Below the pieces are notes generated by a model. That model made no database searches. It saw only the letters and a program-made list of their open reading frames with translations, and was not told where the DNA came from. From Octopus vulgaris (lineage: Eukaryota): 64,000 nt of DNA. How positions within the stretch are numbered: the first letter of the stretch is position 1; each line of letters opens with the position of its first letter. Below are positions 11,911 to 26,177 of this stretch, one piece after another. The translations under genes were made by a program, and so were the position numbers. The DNA lies in contig OX597818.1 in the NCBI GenBank assembly GCA_951406725.2, positions 23,870,001 through 23,934,000 of the forward strand, read 5' to 3'.

Positions 11911-13967
11911 AATGAGAGAATTTGGTAGATAGAAACTGTAGAAGTCTGTTGTATGTGTGTGTGTGTGTCTTTGTACCCCACCCTCACTACTTGACAACTA
12001 AGCAGTTCAGCAAAAAAGTTCAACAGAATAAGTACCAGAGTTTTAAAAAATAAGCATTGGGTTTGATTTGTTTAAGTAAAATCCTTCAAGGCAAAGCCCT
12101 AGCATGGCTGCAGTCCAATGACTGAAACAAGTAGAAGAGAGTGGTGTACCAAAGATTATACCATTCAATGTGTTCTAATGCTCCTCTTGAGTCATTGCAA
12201 GTGAACATGTGCAATAAAGACATGAGTAGAGAAGAAACTCCAGAGTGATACAATTCAGGGAAGGATTGAGCATAATTTTTAGAGAAGAAGAGAGACAATG
12301 ATAAAAAATACCTGATTGAGATGGTGCAAACCTCACCCAGGTCTGAAGATAATAAGTTGTAATTTTGTTGTTTATACCTAAAACATGGACTGCTTCTTTA
12401 TACCCAAGAAATGGACTTGCTGTTCGTACCCAAGAAATGTGCAACGCACAGGTTATAATTATTTCTATAACATAATAATTTAAATATATGTTAAAGAGAA
12501 TTTAATAACACAAACTGTCGGCATAAAGAATTAAAAAAAGGAAAAGGAGTGGCAAGTTTTGTAAATAGGAGCAGAGTAAGGTTGAATATTTAAGAGAATT
12601 TGCAGTGTGTAAGATGTTTGTAAGCAATTCCAGAACAACAAAAGCTGTTACTTTCACTGCAAAATTAAAATTTTGTTTGTGTCTAAATATTTTTATTCTT
12701 TGAAACCATGGCAAACCCCTGACAAAAACTCATGTTGCATCTCTTTTGTCAGTGAACAAGTCTCAGTTTCAAAGCGACAAAAATATCGACATTGAAATGA
12801 GATTTAAATGTTGCAGTGAACCAACCATTTATCTTTGTGTGTGTGTATGTTCTTGATAATCGTTTAGAACAAGTAGTTTTTCACCAATTACACTATTTTT
12901 TTTTCCGGCCCGGGTCAAACACTATAGTTTAAAGGCCGTGAACTGGAGATGTGAATATTCCGAGTCCTCTCCTCCACCCCCACCCTTTCGCGAGTGCGCA
13001 TTTTTTGTCATATTCGTTTAGAGTAAGTTGTTTGACACCTATTAAACTTTTTTTTGTTTGTTTTTATGACCGGGTCAAACGCTTTAGTATGACCAGGTTT
13101 GCAACTAATTACTGCTGAAGTATTTGTTGGTTTTTATCTTTGTGAAACATTTTTGGTATCTGTTATATATGTGAAGTCGTCACGAGAGATCAATAGAGAT
13201 TGTGAAAGTTAGCATTTGTAAGATATGGTATCATCACAAAATCAAACCAAATATAACAGACTAACAACAATGCACAAGAATCCTATACATGGTGGCTCAA
13301 CTTGCTAGAAATGGCAGCCGAATCTCTTAAAAATCACATCTTACTATCTTAGAAAACTATATATTGGATAACGTGGTGTTGGGTTCCTGCTCATAGGAAA
13401 AAGATGGGACAGTCACGACTGGAATGTCCTTGATCACAAATCTGTACCATCAAAGCCTACTTGCAGGTAAACAACAACAAAGTGGTGCACCTGAGCACTG
13501 TATACAATAATTTCATTATATTATAATTGCACAAATATTCATGATATTCCCTAAGTTTTTTTCTAATTTCAATATACGATCACTGAAATCACTTGTCCAA
13601 ACATGCGCGAGTTTACAAAGTATGTTATATGATTATTATTGTTGTTGTTATTTTTGTTATGCAGACATAATAATAGTTCACACGAGGGAGAGAATTCCAA
13701 AAGTGACATTCACATGTACAATGCATGAGTATTATTCTATATGGGAGGAGAAGCCTATCGAGGTTAAAATTTTTGATGACGTATATTTTTTTCCACCAAT
13801 GGTGTTGCTTGTAACCTTAATTTGTTTATTTCGGACAGCCAGTTTGAGTTTCGACGTAAAAATTTCAATATAACTCGCATTCAATATTTACATACTGCAA
13901 GGTACTAACAACTTAAAACTGTTCAAGTGTATACACGTACATATAGGCCATTGAGTCTTTCTGCCGG

Positions 13968-14004
<37 letters not shown>

Positions 14005-14018
14005 CATACATACATACA

Positions 14019-14089
<71 letters not shown>

Positions 14090-14417
14090 TATAGCGAAAC
14101 AATTGTCCCAAAATAATCTGTATTTTTGTTATTTTTTATTTGCCCTGTCCGTGTGAGCTAACAATCGTACTGACTTTCATGGGAAACATGTATTTTCGTG
14201 GTTGAAACCTTTTGGATTAACTGGTGCTAGAGTGAGCAATATAGTGACCACTCTCTTATATTTATTTTGTAAAAATATTATAATATGTTATAAAATATTA
14301 TAATAATCCAGGTTTCTCGAGCACTAGGCCACTTGGTGTTGAATAAATATACTATTAAATTAGTATCTAATTCTCTCACCCTTATTAATTAATTACACAC
14401 TATATATATATATGTAA

Positions 14418-14482
<65 letters not shown>

Positions 14483-14516
14483 CATACATACATATATACA
14501 TATATATATAAACATG

Positions 14517-14547
<31 letters not shown>

Positions 14548-15835
14548 CCTTATTTTTGCAAAATATGTAAGTAATTGACGCGTTTAATTCAATTTCCTCT
14601 TTCGCTATATTGTTATTTGAATAATTCTTGATTTAAAGTTCTTCTGTCATGTGTGTTTTGTTTTTTTTTCGTTCGTTTGTTTTTTTTCAATTCCTTAATA
14701 ATTTGATAAACATTTATTTCAGCAAAGGTTAGAAACTCTTATTTTTATTTGTCTTTTCACTCTTGGCACGTTGTTTGAATTCAGAACGATAAAAAATTCT
14801 AAATTTAACTTGTTTTGTCCTGCGATAGAGCCCCTTCGTAGTCACCCCACCCCTCAGAAATTGCAACCAAATCTCCATCAGATCGCACTCTAAGGTCTTA
14901 AAGAAAGAAAGGGGAAGGAAAATATAAGTGAAATTTTATAACATGTACATATGCACACACACACACACATACACATATATTGCAACTCTTTGATTATTCT
15001 TTTTTTTTACCTGTTTCAGTTATTGAACTGCGGCCATGCTAAGATACTGCCTTCAAGGAATTATGTCGATTGAATCGAGTCCAGTGCTCATTTTTTAAGT
15101 ATTGAATATAATCCGTCGATCTCTTTTTCGTCAAACCGGTAAATTACGAGGATGTAAAGAAAACCAGCAAACTTGTCGAGCGGTGAGACAAAATTACGCG
15201 CGCGCGAACATACACATACGAGTTTAGGTATAGATCTTTTGCAAACACATCGTCCTCCACTTCCAACCCAACACTACCCGACCATACCATATACGCTACC
15301 ATAACCTCATCCTACCAATGCAACGCACTTGTTCTTATAGCTAGATACAAAGAATCCTGTACGCGTCATGTTTTTCTTATACATCATCCTGTGATGCACT
15401 TGAATACATTCTCAGTGATGGTTCCTGGGGTCATTAGGCGTTTCAGATCTTTCAACATCAGACACCCTCACCCTAGCGACCCAGCCGGGGTTGATGAAAC
15501 CCCAGTTAGCATTAGTCCTGGTAGCACATATCCCAACCTAAACCTCATTATTATTGCTACAATTGGAACACTGGAGATAAACCCTAGTTGTATGTATTTC
15601 ATTGAGCAATAGAATGACATCACCACGTTTACAGGATAACATACAATTCAGATGTGCTGACACAGCCATCTGATATACCATTCTTTAGAACTAACTTGCT
15701 AGAATGAAGGAAACACTTTGGTATTTTACATTTTATATTCAACATTTTACACCTTGCACTATACACAGCTTGTTGAATTTTACGTAACATGAAACGAGTG
15801 CATTCTATTACTTCCCTCAGAGTTTTTGTAAACTT

Positions 15836-17096
15836 TCAATATAAAGATTGACTCCTGTTAACGAAATCGAAAGAAAAACCCAGCCTACTGGGTGTTAAAA
15901 ACTGTAGAAAACGAATATGATAAAAATAAAAAATTGCGCAAACGCAAGTGGTGGTAGGGAGAGGACTTTCGGAAAATTCATACGTTCCGTTTTTTTTTCC
16001 CCTTGTAACTTTCAAGAAAATGGATATATATTGGTGAAATTTTATAGAAATACCGTTCAAATGGCACAAATTACGATTATAAAGACATTTCTGGGGAAAA
16101 TGTTTTCCGAAAGGGTGGGAAGAGGACTGTCGGAAGTTCACACGATCCGTTCTTTTTCCCCATCATAACTTTCAGGAACTAGTTTAGCCCCCGGTCACCA
16201 AAACGTTTTTTTTTTTTTCTTTTCTTTTACCGGATTCCTATGTTTTCGATGACGGAGATTCCGAAAATGCAAAAACCAAGTTTTCAAAAATTTTAATTCA
16301 ACCCCACCCCCAAATTTTTAATGTTAAACTTTTTTCGAATTTTTTTTTCAAACTACATGAAAAAAATACGGAGATTAAGAATATGGGGTTGGGGAAAACA
16401 TTTTAATTTCAAATTTATGAAAAACTCAAAAATTGATCAACACTTCCCTCGTCACCCCATCCAGCGGTCTAAACGTGAAAATGAACTGCTGTTTTGTCAG
16501 TTTCCGCATTCGTAGATTTATAGTGAAACTGCAAAAGGATCACGGCATGTGAAACCCTCACCACGAAATTCGATATGCTAAAAATAACAGCTAAATGTTT
16601 GGAGAATTTTTGTGTTTGTGCATGCGTGCAACAATTTCTACAGCTTATCCAAATGAACAGAGGAAGAAGTACACAAAATATATTTTACATACCTGTCGTA
16701 TACGTCGGGGTTTTTTTTTTTCTCTTTAAAGGTAAACGATTCTGATAAAAACAATTACCTTACTGATAATTCAGTGGGGTAATCCCAACAAAATACTACA
16801 AGTTTAGTCACTGGTTCAATACCTATGTCTTTATAATCGTAATTTTAAATCGAAGTGTCTTTATAATCGTAGTTTGTACCATTTGAACTGTATTTCTATA
16901 AAATTTCATCAATATATATCAATTTTCCTCGAAGTTATGAAGGAAAAATTGGATCTTGGGAATTTTCCGAAAGTCCTCCCCACCCCTACCATGTTCGTTG
17001 GCTCAATTTTTTTTTTCATATTCGTTTTCTACACAGTTTTTAACACCTAGCAGGCTGGGTTTTTTTTTTCGTTAACGGGACTCAATCTTTATATTA
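15836..17096. mobile_element. ~1.26-kb non-autonomous DNA element with ~250-bp terminal inverted repeats
   Basis: 15836-16087 (aatataaagattgactcctgttaacg...ggactttcggaaaattc...acgattataaagaca) is the imperfect reverse complement of 16855-17096. No coding capacity seen. Confidence 0.8.
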
Positions 17097-17378
17097 AGCA
17101 ACAAGGGAAAGTAAGCAGACATGGGCTTAAATTTAAGTTGCACTCCCCACCTTCCTCTGTATGCATAATAAACTTTACACTCTACCCAAAACTGTTATCT
17201 CACCATATTGAGATAACATTGTGACCACTTAATGATCACACTGTACAAACTATTATATGAACAATATATGAACAATAGTCACTTCAGTTATATGAACAAT
17301 AATCACTTAAGTAACAGAACCCTTTCACAACAGGCTACAGTGCTGGCACAAATGAAAACAAATATCAGAATTTATATG

Positions 17379-17412
<34 letters not shown>

Positions 17413-18329
17413 TACCTGAAAAGAAATGCTTTAAAAATTAGTGTAATATGCAAACACGTGTGTGTGTGTGTGTGTGCATAATATAATCATCATTTAACAT
17501 CCATTTCCCCCATGCTGGAATGACTTGGATAGTTCAACAGCATCTGACAAGCCAGAGAACTGTGTTGAGTTTTGATATCAGCTTTGGCTGCATGCTCTTT
17601 CTAATGCCAACCACTTTAGAATGTACTAAGTGCTATTTTTCATGGCATCATATAACCCACTAAACAAGACCACTTAACTGGCTGGGGTATAGTATTGAGG
17701 GAAGTAGTTTTATGCCAAATGTTGAGAGGTTAAAGTATAATAGAGAGACAGAAACAAGTGTCTTTGCTGTAGAGTAGACACATGGCTACATCAGTTGGAA
17801 AGATAAAAGAGATAGTGATAATGCGGTGCCAGGGCTTACCTCCGAGGTAGAAGAGGATTAACAGAATAGGGACAAGTGATCAGAAAGGGTGGGTGAGTGG
17901 GTTGGTAAGTTCACAAGAGTGTGAAAGGAGAGTGACTTATGGTTGGTGATAGGGGTAAATGCAATGAATAGGAAAGATGAGTGGAAGCGTGGTCAATGTT
18001 GACATCCATTTGGAAGGAAACAGGAAGGTAAAGGAGGAGTTATAAGTAAATACTAAAGGAAGAGAAGAAGGTTTCTCAACCATTTTTCACCTATGGATCC
18101 CTTTGACTTCTATTTTACTCCTAGCCATTTGATATTTAGAAATAATTTTGTAAGTACCTGAGTGAGTTGTGCCATAGTAAGAAGAGTAATGGAGAGGAAA
18201 GCATAAGGAAGATGAGTTGTGGGGGAAGAATTGACAGGGATAGATTATGTATGGAGGCATAGACATAAACAATTTACTTTTAGGTCCTCATTTTTGCTTA
18301 GGTGGATGGGTCTTGAGCACAGCATATTA

Positions 18330-18680
18330 CCAGTAATCTTGGTCCTTAGTCATCTCTTCCATGAATCTCAACATCTTAAGGTTGGTCTGCACCACTTCTT
18401 TCCAAATCTCCCTGGGTTTCTTCTTCCCACAGGTTCCATTCACATTTAGCTCTTGGCACTTTTTTATGCAGCTGTCCTCACCCATCTGCTTTACATGACC
18501 ATACCAGTGCAGTCTTCTCTCTTATACTTGACACCCCTTTTACCCAATTTTTCTATCAAAATTTCACTTTGTCTTACTTGCACACTGACATTGCATATGC
18601 AGTGAAGCATGCCAGCTTCATTTCTTTCTAGTCTTTATATGTCCTCTACATTCACGGCCCACGTTTCACTACCATGTGAA
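18330..18680 (-). mobile_element. Decayed RTE-type LINE 3' fragment
   Basis: Minus-strand translation RRLHWYGHVKQMGEDSCIKKCQEL. Confidence 0.55.
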
Positions 18681-18899
18681 CCTTCCTGTGGTTCCACGGT
18701 ACATCTTATGTGTCCAAAGTTTGCACTGGATATACTGTACTGTATGGAATTTCTACCCACACTTTTTCTATATGTTGAACAGGATCATCCTGTGTTTTTC
18801 TGCACACTAGCTATTTCATGACTTAATTTAAAGGTCCTTTGATTCCAGGGTTTTACTTCCATACTGGAATTTCTTTTGTAATTCTACTACATATTAGGA

Positions 18900-19046
18900 A
18901 GTTAGGAAGGGCATCCAGCTGTAGAAACACTGCCACATCTGACTGGCCTGGTGCAGCCTTCGGGCTTCCCAGACCCCAGTTGAACCGTCCAACCCATGCT
19001 AGCATGGAAAGCGGACGTTAAACGATGATGATGATGATGATGATGA
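18900..19046 (+). mobile_element. SINE-like family A, 3' part
   Basis: gttaggaagggcatccagctgtagaaac...ggacgttaaacgat(gat)n. Confidence 0.8.
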
Positions 19047-19252
19047 TTCAGCTGCAAGAACAAGGTCATTAACATAAGGAATTTCCTACAGACAAGCAGT
19101 CTTAAACTCTTCTTGTCTTGCAAGTTACTTGATGACCACACTGCTGCTGGTACCACATAAGAAGTATCCAGTACGCTCTATAAAGGAGTTGATGTTCCGA
19201 AAGGCATCCAGCCGTAGATACCATGCAAAAACCAGACACACAAACATATACT

Positions 19253-19314
<62 letters not shown>

Positions 19315-19315
<1 letters not shown>

Positions 19316-19480
19316 GATGGGCTTCTTTCAGTTTCCGTCTACCAAATCCACTCACAAGGCTTTGGTTGGCCTGGGGCTATAGTAAAATACACTTGCCCAA
19401 GGTGCCACGCAGTGGGACTGAACCCGAAACCATGTAGTTCATAAGCAAGCTACTTACCACACAACCACTCCTACGCCTAT
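19315..19480 (-). mobile_element. SINE family B, tRNA-like head
   Basis: Reverse complement reads ggcgtaggagtggttgtgtggtaagtagcttgc...ttcgggttcagtcccactgcg (A and B boxes). Confidence 0.8.
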
Positions 19481-20262
19481 GTTATAAATTAATTTTTGGA
19501 AAATCATTTGTTTGTAACAGAGAATGGGGTCAAAGAATGATTAAGGCATAATTTTTAGCAATAATTGTCTTAGAGGGTACTGGAGGCTATGACATTGGTT
19601 GAAGCATCAATAAACCTCGAAGGTCTTGTGTAGTCATAAAGTGACTCTTTCAAAATGTTTAATAGGAGTCTTTAGAGAAGTGGGTGTGGCAAGTCTCAGT
19701 GATGCATAAATTACAGGATCTGTGGCTATCTGAGTTGTTAGTGCAATAATTCATTCAATCCTTAAATATCATAGGTGTATATTTGTCATTTTGTTTTTGA
19801 GATTTAAAAATTTTCTATTGCCTTTCAACAGTCTAGTGAAAGTAAGCAATCAAGGTCATTGCCCCATGTTATTTTAATTAATTAACTTTGGTGAATGGGT
19901 ACATTGTTGTGATTCTTTTGTTTTAACTTTATTTGTGTACTAAGATGTCTTCTGTAGATTGAGTCCTCAATAATAGTATTTGGGAATATGTGGAAGTGTT
20001 GAAGCTGATGTCTAGAATAGTAATAATAATTATCTGTTTATTATATTCATGTGTTTCATATTACTGGTTTATCATCTTGAATGCTTGCATTGCTAGTGTA
20101 TTGTAGTACTTTATTACTGTTCAAGTGCGGTTTATTGTGCATTTTTAAAATCTATTTTCTAAGATTATCACTTAAATTTGTCTTGTCCATCCAAATGTAA
20201 GTTTTGAGGGATCTTGTATTGGGATTGTCAAAATTCATGAACTGTTCAATTCATATACTTAT

Positions 20263-20484
20263 TTAACCCTTTCGTTATCAACCCAGCTGAAACTGGCTCT
20301 GAGTACAAATGTCTTGTTTTTATAAGTTTTGAATTAAAATCTTCCACCAAACCTTAGTCACAATTTATGTTCCTAACGCCAGCTTAATGATAAGTAAGTT
20401 ATTTTACTAAAGTCTTTGTTATATCTAAAGTAATTGAAAGAAACACAGTGCATCCCAAAATAAATACAGTAACGAAAGGGTTAA
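20263..20484. mobile_element. piggyBac-like MITE (family E)
   Basis: TTAA on both sides; TIR ccctttcgtta / taacgaaaggg. Confidence 0.85.
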
Positions 20485-21292
20485 TCCAAACTGGAATGAT
20501 GAAGTAAACATGAGTGATTGTGAGTGAGTACAGAAAATGCAAGAACATTCAACTTGCAAAAAGACAGAAATAACAGAAAGTTAAGTCCCTTCCACTAACT
20601 ACATACTTCTGTAGCCTCAATGCTTAATGCTATGTATTATTACTTTAAGAAGTTGAGATCTACTTTTCAATTTGTTCTTAGATAAGTAGAATTAGGTATT
20701 TGCCCAAGGATACAATGACACTTTTAGCAAGGTATGAATTCAAAATCCATCTGCTGTTTATTCTAACCTTTATTATTTCAGTCATTCACTTAAAATATAA
20801 AATTAATTAATGAACCTTTTATGATTGTCTCTAGGACATTGCATTAGATTTATACATCTAGTTTATTAGTTGATCATTGGACATAACCTTACCCACTACT
20901 GTTATTGCATTTACACCTTTGGTTTCATTATTAATTAAATGCTAAAATCATTGATTTTTTTTTTATATTTCTATTTTAGATATTTACCAATGAAAGCAAA
21001 ATATTCCCAGGCTGATTCCCTGTACTGGGAAAGGATTTTTATTTTCTGGGTGGGAAAGATTTAAGTACTTAAAATTAGCCACATTCTTCAGATGTACTAT
21101 CTTAAAGATGTTGGACAGTGATGCAAAAAAATCCACTTGGTATAAAATACCATTCCTTAGCTACAAGAAATATCAGCTTTCTGTTTTAAAATGTTATCAA
21201 TGAGATTTCTAGATGTTTTCTGAACATTTCAAAAGTTTTAGCTGAAAGCGATATTGCCTTTTCCAATATCTCTCAAATGTTAATTTGTAGAA

Positions 21293-23018
21293 ATGGTTCG
21301 CCTTTCTGAGAAAATGTCAAGCATGATTGAAGAAGATACCAAATCTTCCAGTTATTTGTCTTCCAACAAAATGATATATATTGAGGTAGACTTAGACTCA
21401 GATGATTACATGTGTAACCAGTTTAACCAGTATGGTGATGAATTTAAAGAATTAACATTAAATATTGCTGATACAGTATCATCTAAATCTCAATTATTCC
21501 AAAATGGAACTTCTGGTATCAATGTAACAAAACTGAAGTCCTACATACATCAAAATAACATTTTGGACCAGGAATTAAATTCACAAGTATGTAAAAATTC
21601 CAATTTAGACAATGAAATACCTACAATGAAATCATACCCTCCAAATCACATTTTCCAAAATAAACTACACCAAATTTCATCGTCACATGAAAAATGTGTA
21701 TCAGACATGAAAGAAGGTTCCAGAAATAAAACTGAACTACTTCAAAATAATATCAAAACACCAAACATGGATTTTTGTGTCACAGATAATAGTAAGGAGG
21801 AATGCTATCAACCAAAGACAGTGTTTCCTACTGATGAGAATGATGAAAAATCAGTTGTCCTTTCCAACAAATCTAGTGAAAAACAAAAGGTTTCTGACAT
21901 TGCGATTCTGTCTTCTTGTATAAATAATAATTGTTTCTTGTCAAAAGAAATTATAGATATCCCTTGTTCTCGGGACTCTTTTTCTCAAGACTCCGCCTTT
22001 GAGGATTATTCTTCCTTAAGCTCTTTGTCAGTAAACTCAACAGAATCCGATACTAGTGATCTTGCAGAACAATTTGGGAATATCCTAAAAATAAGCAGCA
22101 GAAAAAAAATTGTGGAAGATGAACCTTGGCAGCATATAGAAGATTTCAATGAAATTACACTTGATGATAATGGAAGCGATGAAGATGATGATGATGATTA
22201 TAATGTCACAGAATCTGATACTAGTGATCTTACAGAGCAATTTGGGAATATCCTAAAAATAAGCAGCAGAAAGAAAATTGTGGAAGATGAACCTTGGAAG
22301 CATATAGAAGATTTCAATGAAATTACACTTGATGATAATGGAAACAATGAAGATGATGATGATGATTATAATGTCACAAAAGACAATGAGTTTTCTGATA
22401 AATTTTCACTTTCACAACCTTTTTGGAATTCTCGTGGATTAAAGCATCTGCAAACTCCTGAAATCTCTAAAGATAATAACAACGGTCTGACACCTTGCAA
22501 ACGACCATTTGATGATGGTTGTAGATGTAATGATAGCGATAATTTCAAAACTAGTTATACTTCTAGTAGTAGTATCAAAAGCACTCATATGATTTTATGC
22601 CATGATCCATCACAAATTACTTCAGAAAAAAGAAAGAAAACACCTCCTGAAAAGGAGAAAATCACTGTAAACAACTCTGAAAATTGTAATATATCATCAT
22701 ATGTGACTGAAAATTTAGAAGAGTTGAAAGCTGTATATGAATGTCTGGATATTAAATTTCCTTCTGATGACAGCACTATTCCTTCCCCTGTTCATCCTGA
22801 AGCATGTTCAGCATTAAATTCCCAGTCAAATGGCTGTCAAAAACTTCCCATTTCTGACCCCAGTTTTAAAGTGACAACTGAGTGCTACAATAGTAAAATT
22901 ACCATGGAGATGCCTTACATGGAACAACTTCCAAATTCCTATCAGAATCAAATGCCTCACACATCTAATCCTAATTTTATTTATTTCCCAACACAAGTAA
23001 TCTGCATCAGTAGTACAG
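21293..23018 (+). CDS. Ankyrin-repeat protein (atypical IkB-like), coding exon 1: 575 codons, acidic/Ser/Asn-rich, with a 56-aa tandem duplication and basic patch KRKK
   Basis: Long open frame in AT-rich DNA. Donor ACAG|gtaaga after 23018 is phase 1 and matches the next exon. Candidate acceptors at 20979 and 21290. Confidence 0.8.
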
Positions 23019-24275
23019 GTAAGAGAAATAATACTATGATACTCTACAACTTTGAAATCTGATTATTATTGCAATTATTTTGCAATACATGTGTGTGTGT
23101 GTGTGTTGATGCAAATGCATTTTCTTTTTATTTGACTGAAAGTGTAACTATTACAAAATTGTTTCTCTTCAGCCTTAGACACATATGCATATGCAAAATT
23201 GGTCTTCACTCAAATTTTTCATGAGATTTATAATTTGCCATATTTACATTAACAACATTAAGAAGAAACAAAATTTATTTCCGCTAAAATACTTTCTCTT
23301 CCATCTATCTTCTCATTTTTTTTTACTCGTATTGCTCTACAATTTTTCATTTACCTAAAAACATTACTGTTACATTATATACACATGAGACTTTGCTGTT
23401 TATCAATCAGATTTTCATGGGGCAGGATTTAAGTTCCCATGTTTTCAGCAGACGTAACAGAGTAACTCAAGATCCAAGAGTTTTGTGCATTAGCACTTAT
23501 CAAACTAGTCACTGGTTGAAGGCCTGTGAGTTTATATAGCTGTTGATAAATAAATATATTTCCTTCTGGCTTGCACCAGCATATAATAATAATAATAATA
23601 ATGATGATGAAATTATTGTATACAGTGTTCATGTGCACCACAACTTGTCAAAAAGTGCGTATAAAGTACATGCAGTAATGTGGAAATGTCTGGAAAGCGA
23701 ACAATGTATGAGTCAGATACATGCTTGCGTGTGTATGGAGGGGAGAAAATCAGGTGTAGTGTTGGCGAATCTCAGGAAGCATGGAAGTTTTGAAGGATGC
23801 AGTGCTCCAACAACTAACAACTGATGCCGGTAGTCTGTTCCATGCTTCAGCAACTCTTAGTGTGAAAAAATGTTTCCGAAAGTCACATTTTTTTCATACC
23901 TGTATGTATATGTGTGTGTGTGTATGTATGTATGTATGTATGTGTGTATATATATATAGAGAGAGAGAAATTACAGCCTTCTGTCAGTTTCCATCTCAAT
24001 TCACTCACAAGGCTTTGGTTGGCCTGAGGCTATAGTGGAGACACTGCCCCAAGGTGCCATACAGTGGGACTGAACCCAACACAATTATTATAATCCCAAT
24101 ATGACTACCTCCCATTACCTATTTAATTAACCCTTTGTCTGTACCATTTGGTCCTATACAAAATCTCACCTGCCATCTATGGCTGCCATGTCAATGTTAT
24201 CCTATCTACAGTTGAATAATGACTGGAAATTTCTAAAATTCTGTATGAAAAGCATTGGTACCACATTTACACTAA

Positions 24276-24332
<57 letters not shown>

Positions 24333-24383
24333 ATATATACATATGTATATTTATATATATGCATGTATGTGTGTATATATATA

Positions 24384-24416
<33 letters not shown>

Positions 24417-25198
24417 GTATGTACTTTGTACTTGTTTTGCAATATTTTTTATGTGAATTCATGTGTTGAAACAAATTTTGTTGTATCTAGAGAGTCATTA
24501 CACCAATATTAATAACACATGCACCAGTTCAATTCCACTCCTTTATTATCAGTCAATTGGTTAAATATCTATCCGACTAGCTAATTGCTTGTTAAATAGT
24601 CAATCTTTTCTTCTTTTTCTTCTTCTTCTTTTTTTTTTTTTGTCAAAGTTCTTTCATCAGTATTCACAATCTTTCAGTGACTATCTCTCCCACTTCACTA
24701 TGGAAGCCATTTGAGACCTTGCTGCTTGTATGTGTGTGTAGTTTAGGAGAGTAGGTAAGGATACATGCACACACAAACCTGTTGGTCATCATCACCCTTA
24801 CTTCTAATTGACAGACACACGATTTCTGATAGGCAAGAGACAATCACTGAAAGTGTTGCAAATTTCAACAAAATAACTCTGATAAACAAAATGCATTTAG
24901 ATGGTGATTTGGGGCTTCTGTTTATCCCTGGCAAATTCTGTTGACAAAGTTTTTGTCTAGTTGAAGCTATAGTAAAAGCTATTTCCAAGTTGTTATGCAA
25001 TGAGATTGAATGCATAACCATTTGATTGCAAAGTGAAATGCTCAACCATGGTGCTAAACCTAGACCTGACACCTTGTAAACAACCATTTGATGATGGTTG
25101 TAGATGTAATAATAGACCTGATGCCTTCTGTACAGTTTTCTTTTATTATGTTTATGTTTTTAATATAGTTATTGTTTTGTATCGTTATATTTGTTCAG

Positions 25199-25280
25199 CC
25201 TCACAAAAAAGAAATATTAACCAACAGCAAATTGATGGCTTGACTAAAGAGGACTTTCGTAAAATTGGTGGGAGTGGCAC
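25199..25280 (+). CDS. Ankyrin gene coding exon 2 (ASQKRNINQQQIDGLTKEDFRKIGGSGT)
   Basis: ttgttcag|CC ... GGCAC|gtaagt; phase 1 in, phase 2 out. Confidence 0.75.
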
Positions 25281-26177
25281 GTAAGTAATTTTATGAAATG
25301 GTAACAAAAAACCTGGAAGACCATTAGAAAAAATGGATTAGCCATCTTTGAGCTACTGGTTAACCATACTAATGAAAGAATATTTTACAGAACAGCCAAA
25401 AAAGCAGGGGGTTTTTTCAGCTGTTTTGAATGTTTGTATGTATACCTCCAGCTGTCCTAAGTATATGAACTACACTCAAATGTGAGTCTTGAGTTTTATA
25501 AAGGCTCACCAAATGATCAAAGCTGAAGTAATTTCTGGTCCTAAAGAGGACCCATAATCTTTGCAATGCAGTTTTGTCTTATATGTCAGATAAGCATGAA
25601 AGATCAGAGATTGTGAAGCCTAGCATTTGTCATAACTTTGAGAGCTTTTAGCCAAGAATTATAAAGACTGTGTAATGTCTAAGTTGTATTTGAAGGTTTA
25701 GAGAGAAGTGAAAGGGTGTATAAAAATACAGTAGCATGTATGGCAATAGTAAAAATTTCATCAAGGTACAGAAAAAAAGTGACAGATATAGCTAATTGAC
25801 ACTGAGAAAACCAGATTTTAGAGTGTCAGTCTGAGGAAACACAACCATGTTTGCAGTATTGGCGCAATCTAATGATACTTCTAATCCAGTAAATAAGAGA
25901 TGGAGGGAACAAATAAGCATTCAATTTAGCTAGTAGTTTCACATACCAGACACAGTTGAATACTTTGTCAGTGCAACAACAATGCTTGCCTTTACTGAAT
26001 GTTTAAAGGAGAAACTACTGGTGTATGATAAGCAAGTCTCCAGTAAATCTAGGTATAGAAACTGTGTGAAGGCACATGGCTTAGTGTTTAGGGCATTCGG
26101 CTTACAATCTTAAGGTCATGAGTTCAATTCCCAGCGAGGTGTTGTGACCTTGAGCAAGACACTTTATTTCACATTGA

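Noticed and set aside
12860-13090. Imperfect direct repeat ending ccgggtcaaac..tagt
   Set aside because: Possibly Helitron-like termini, but too decayed to call.
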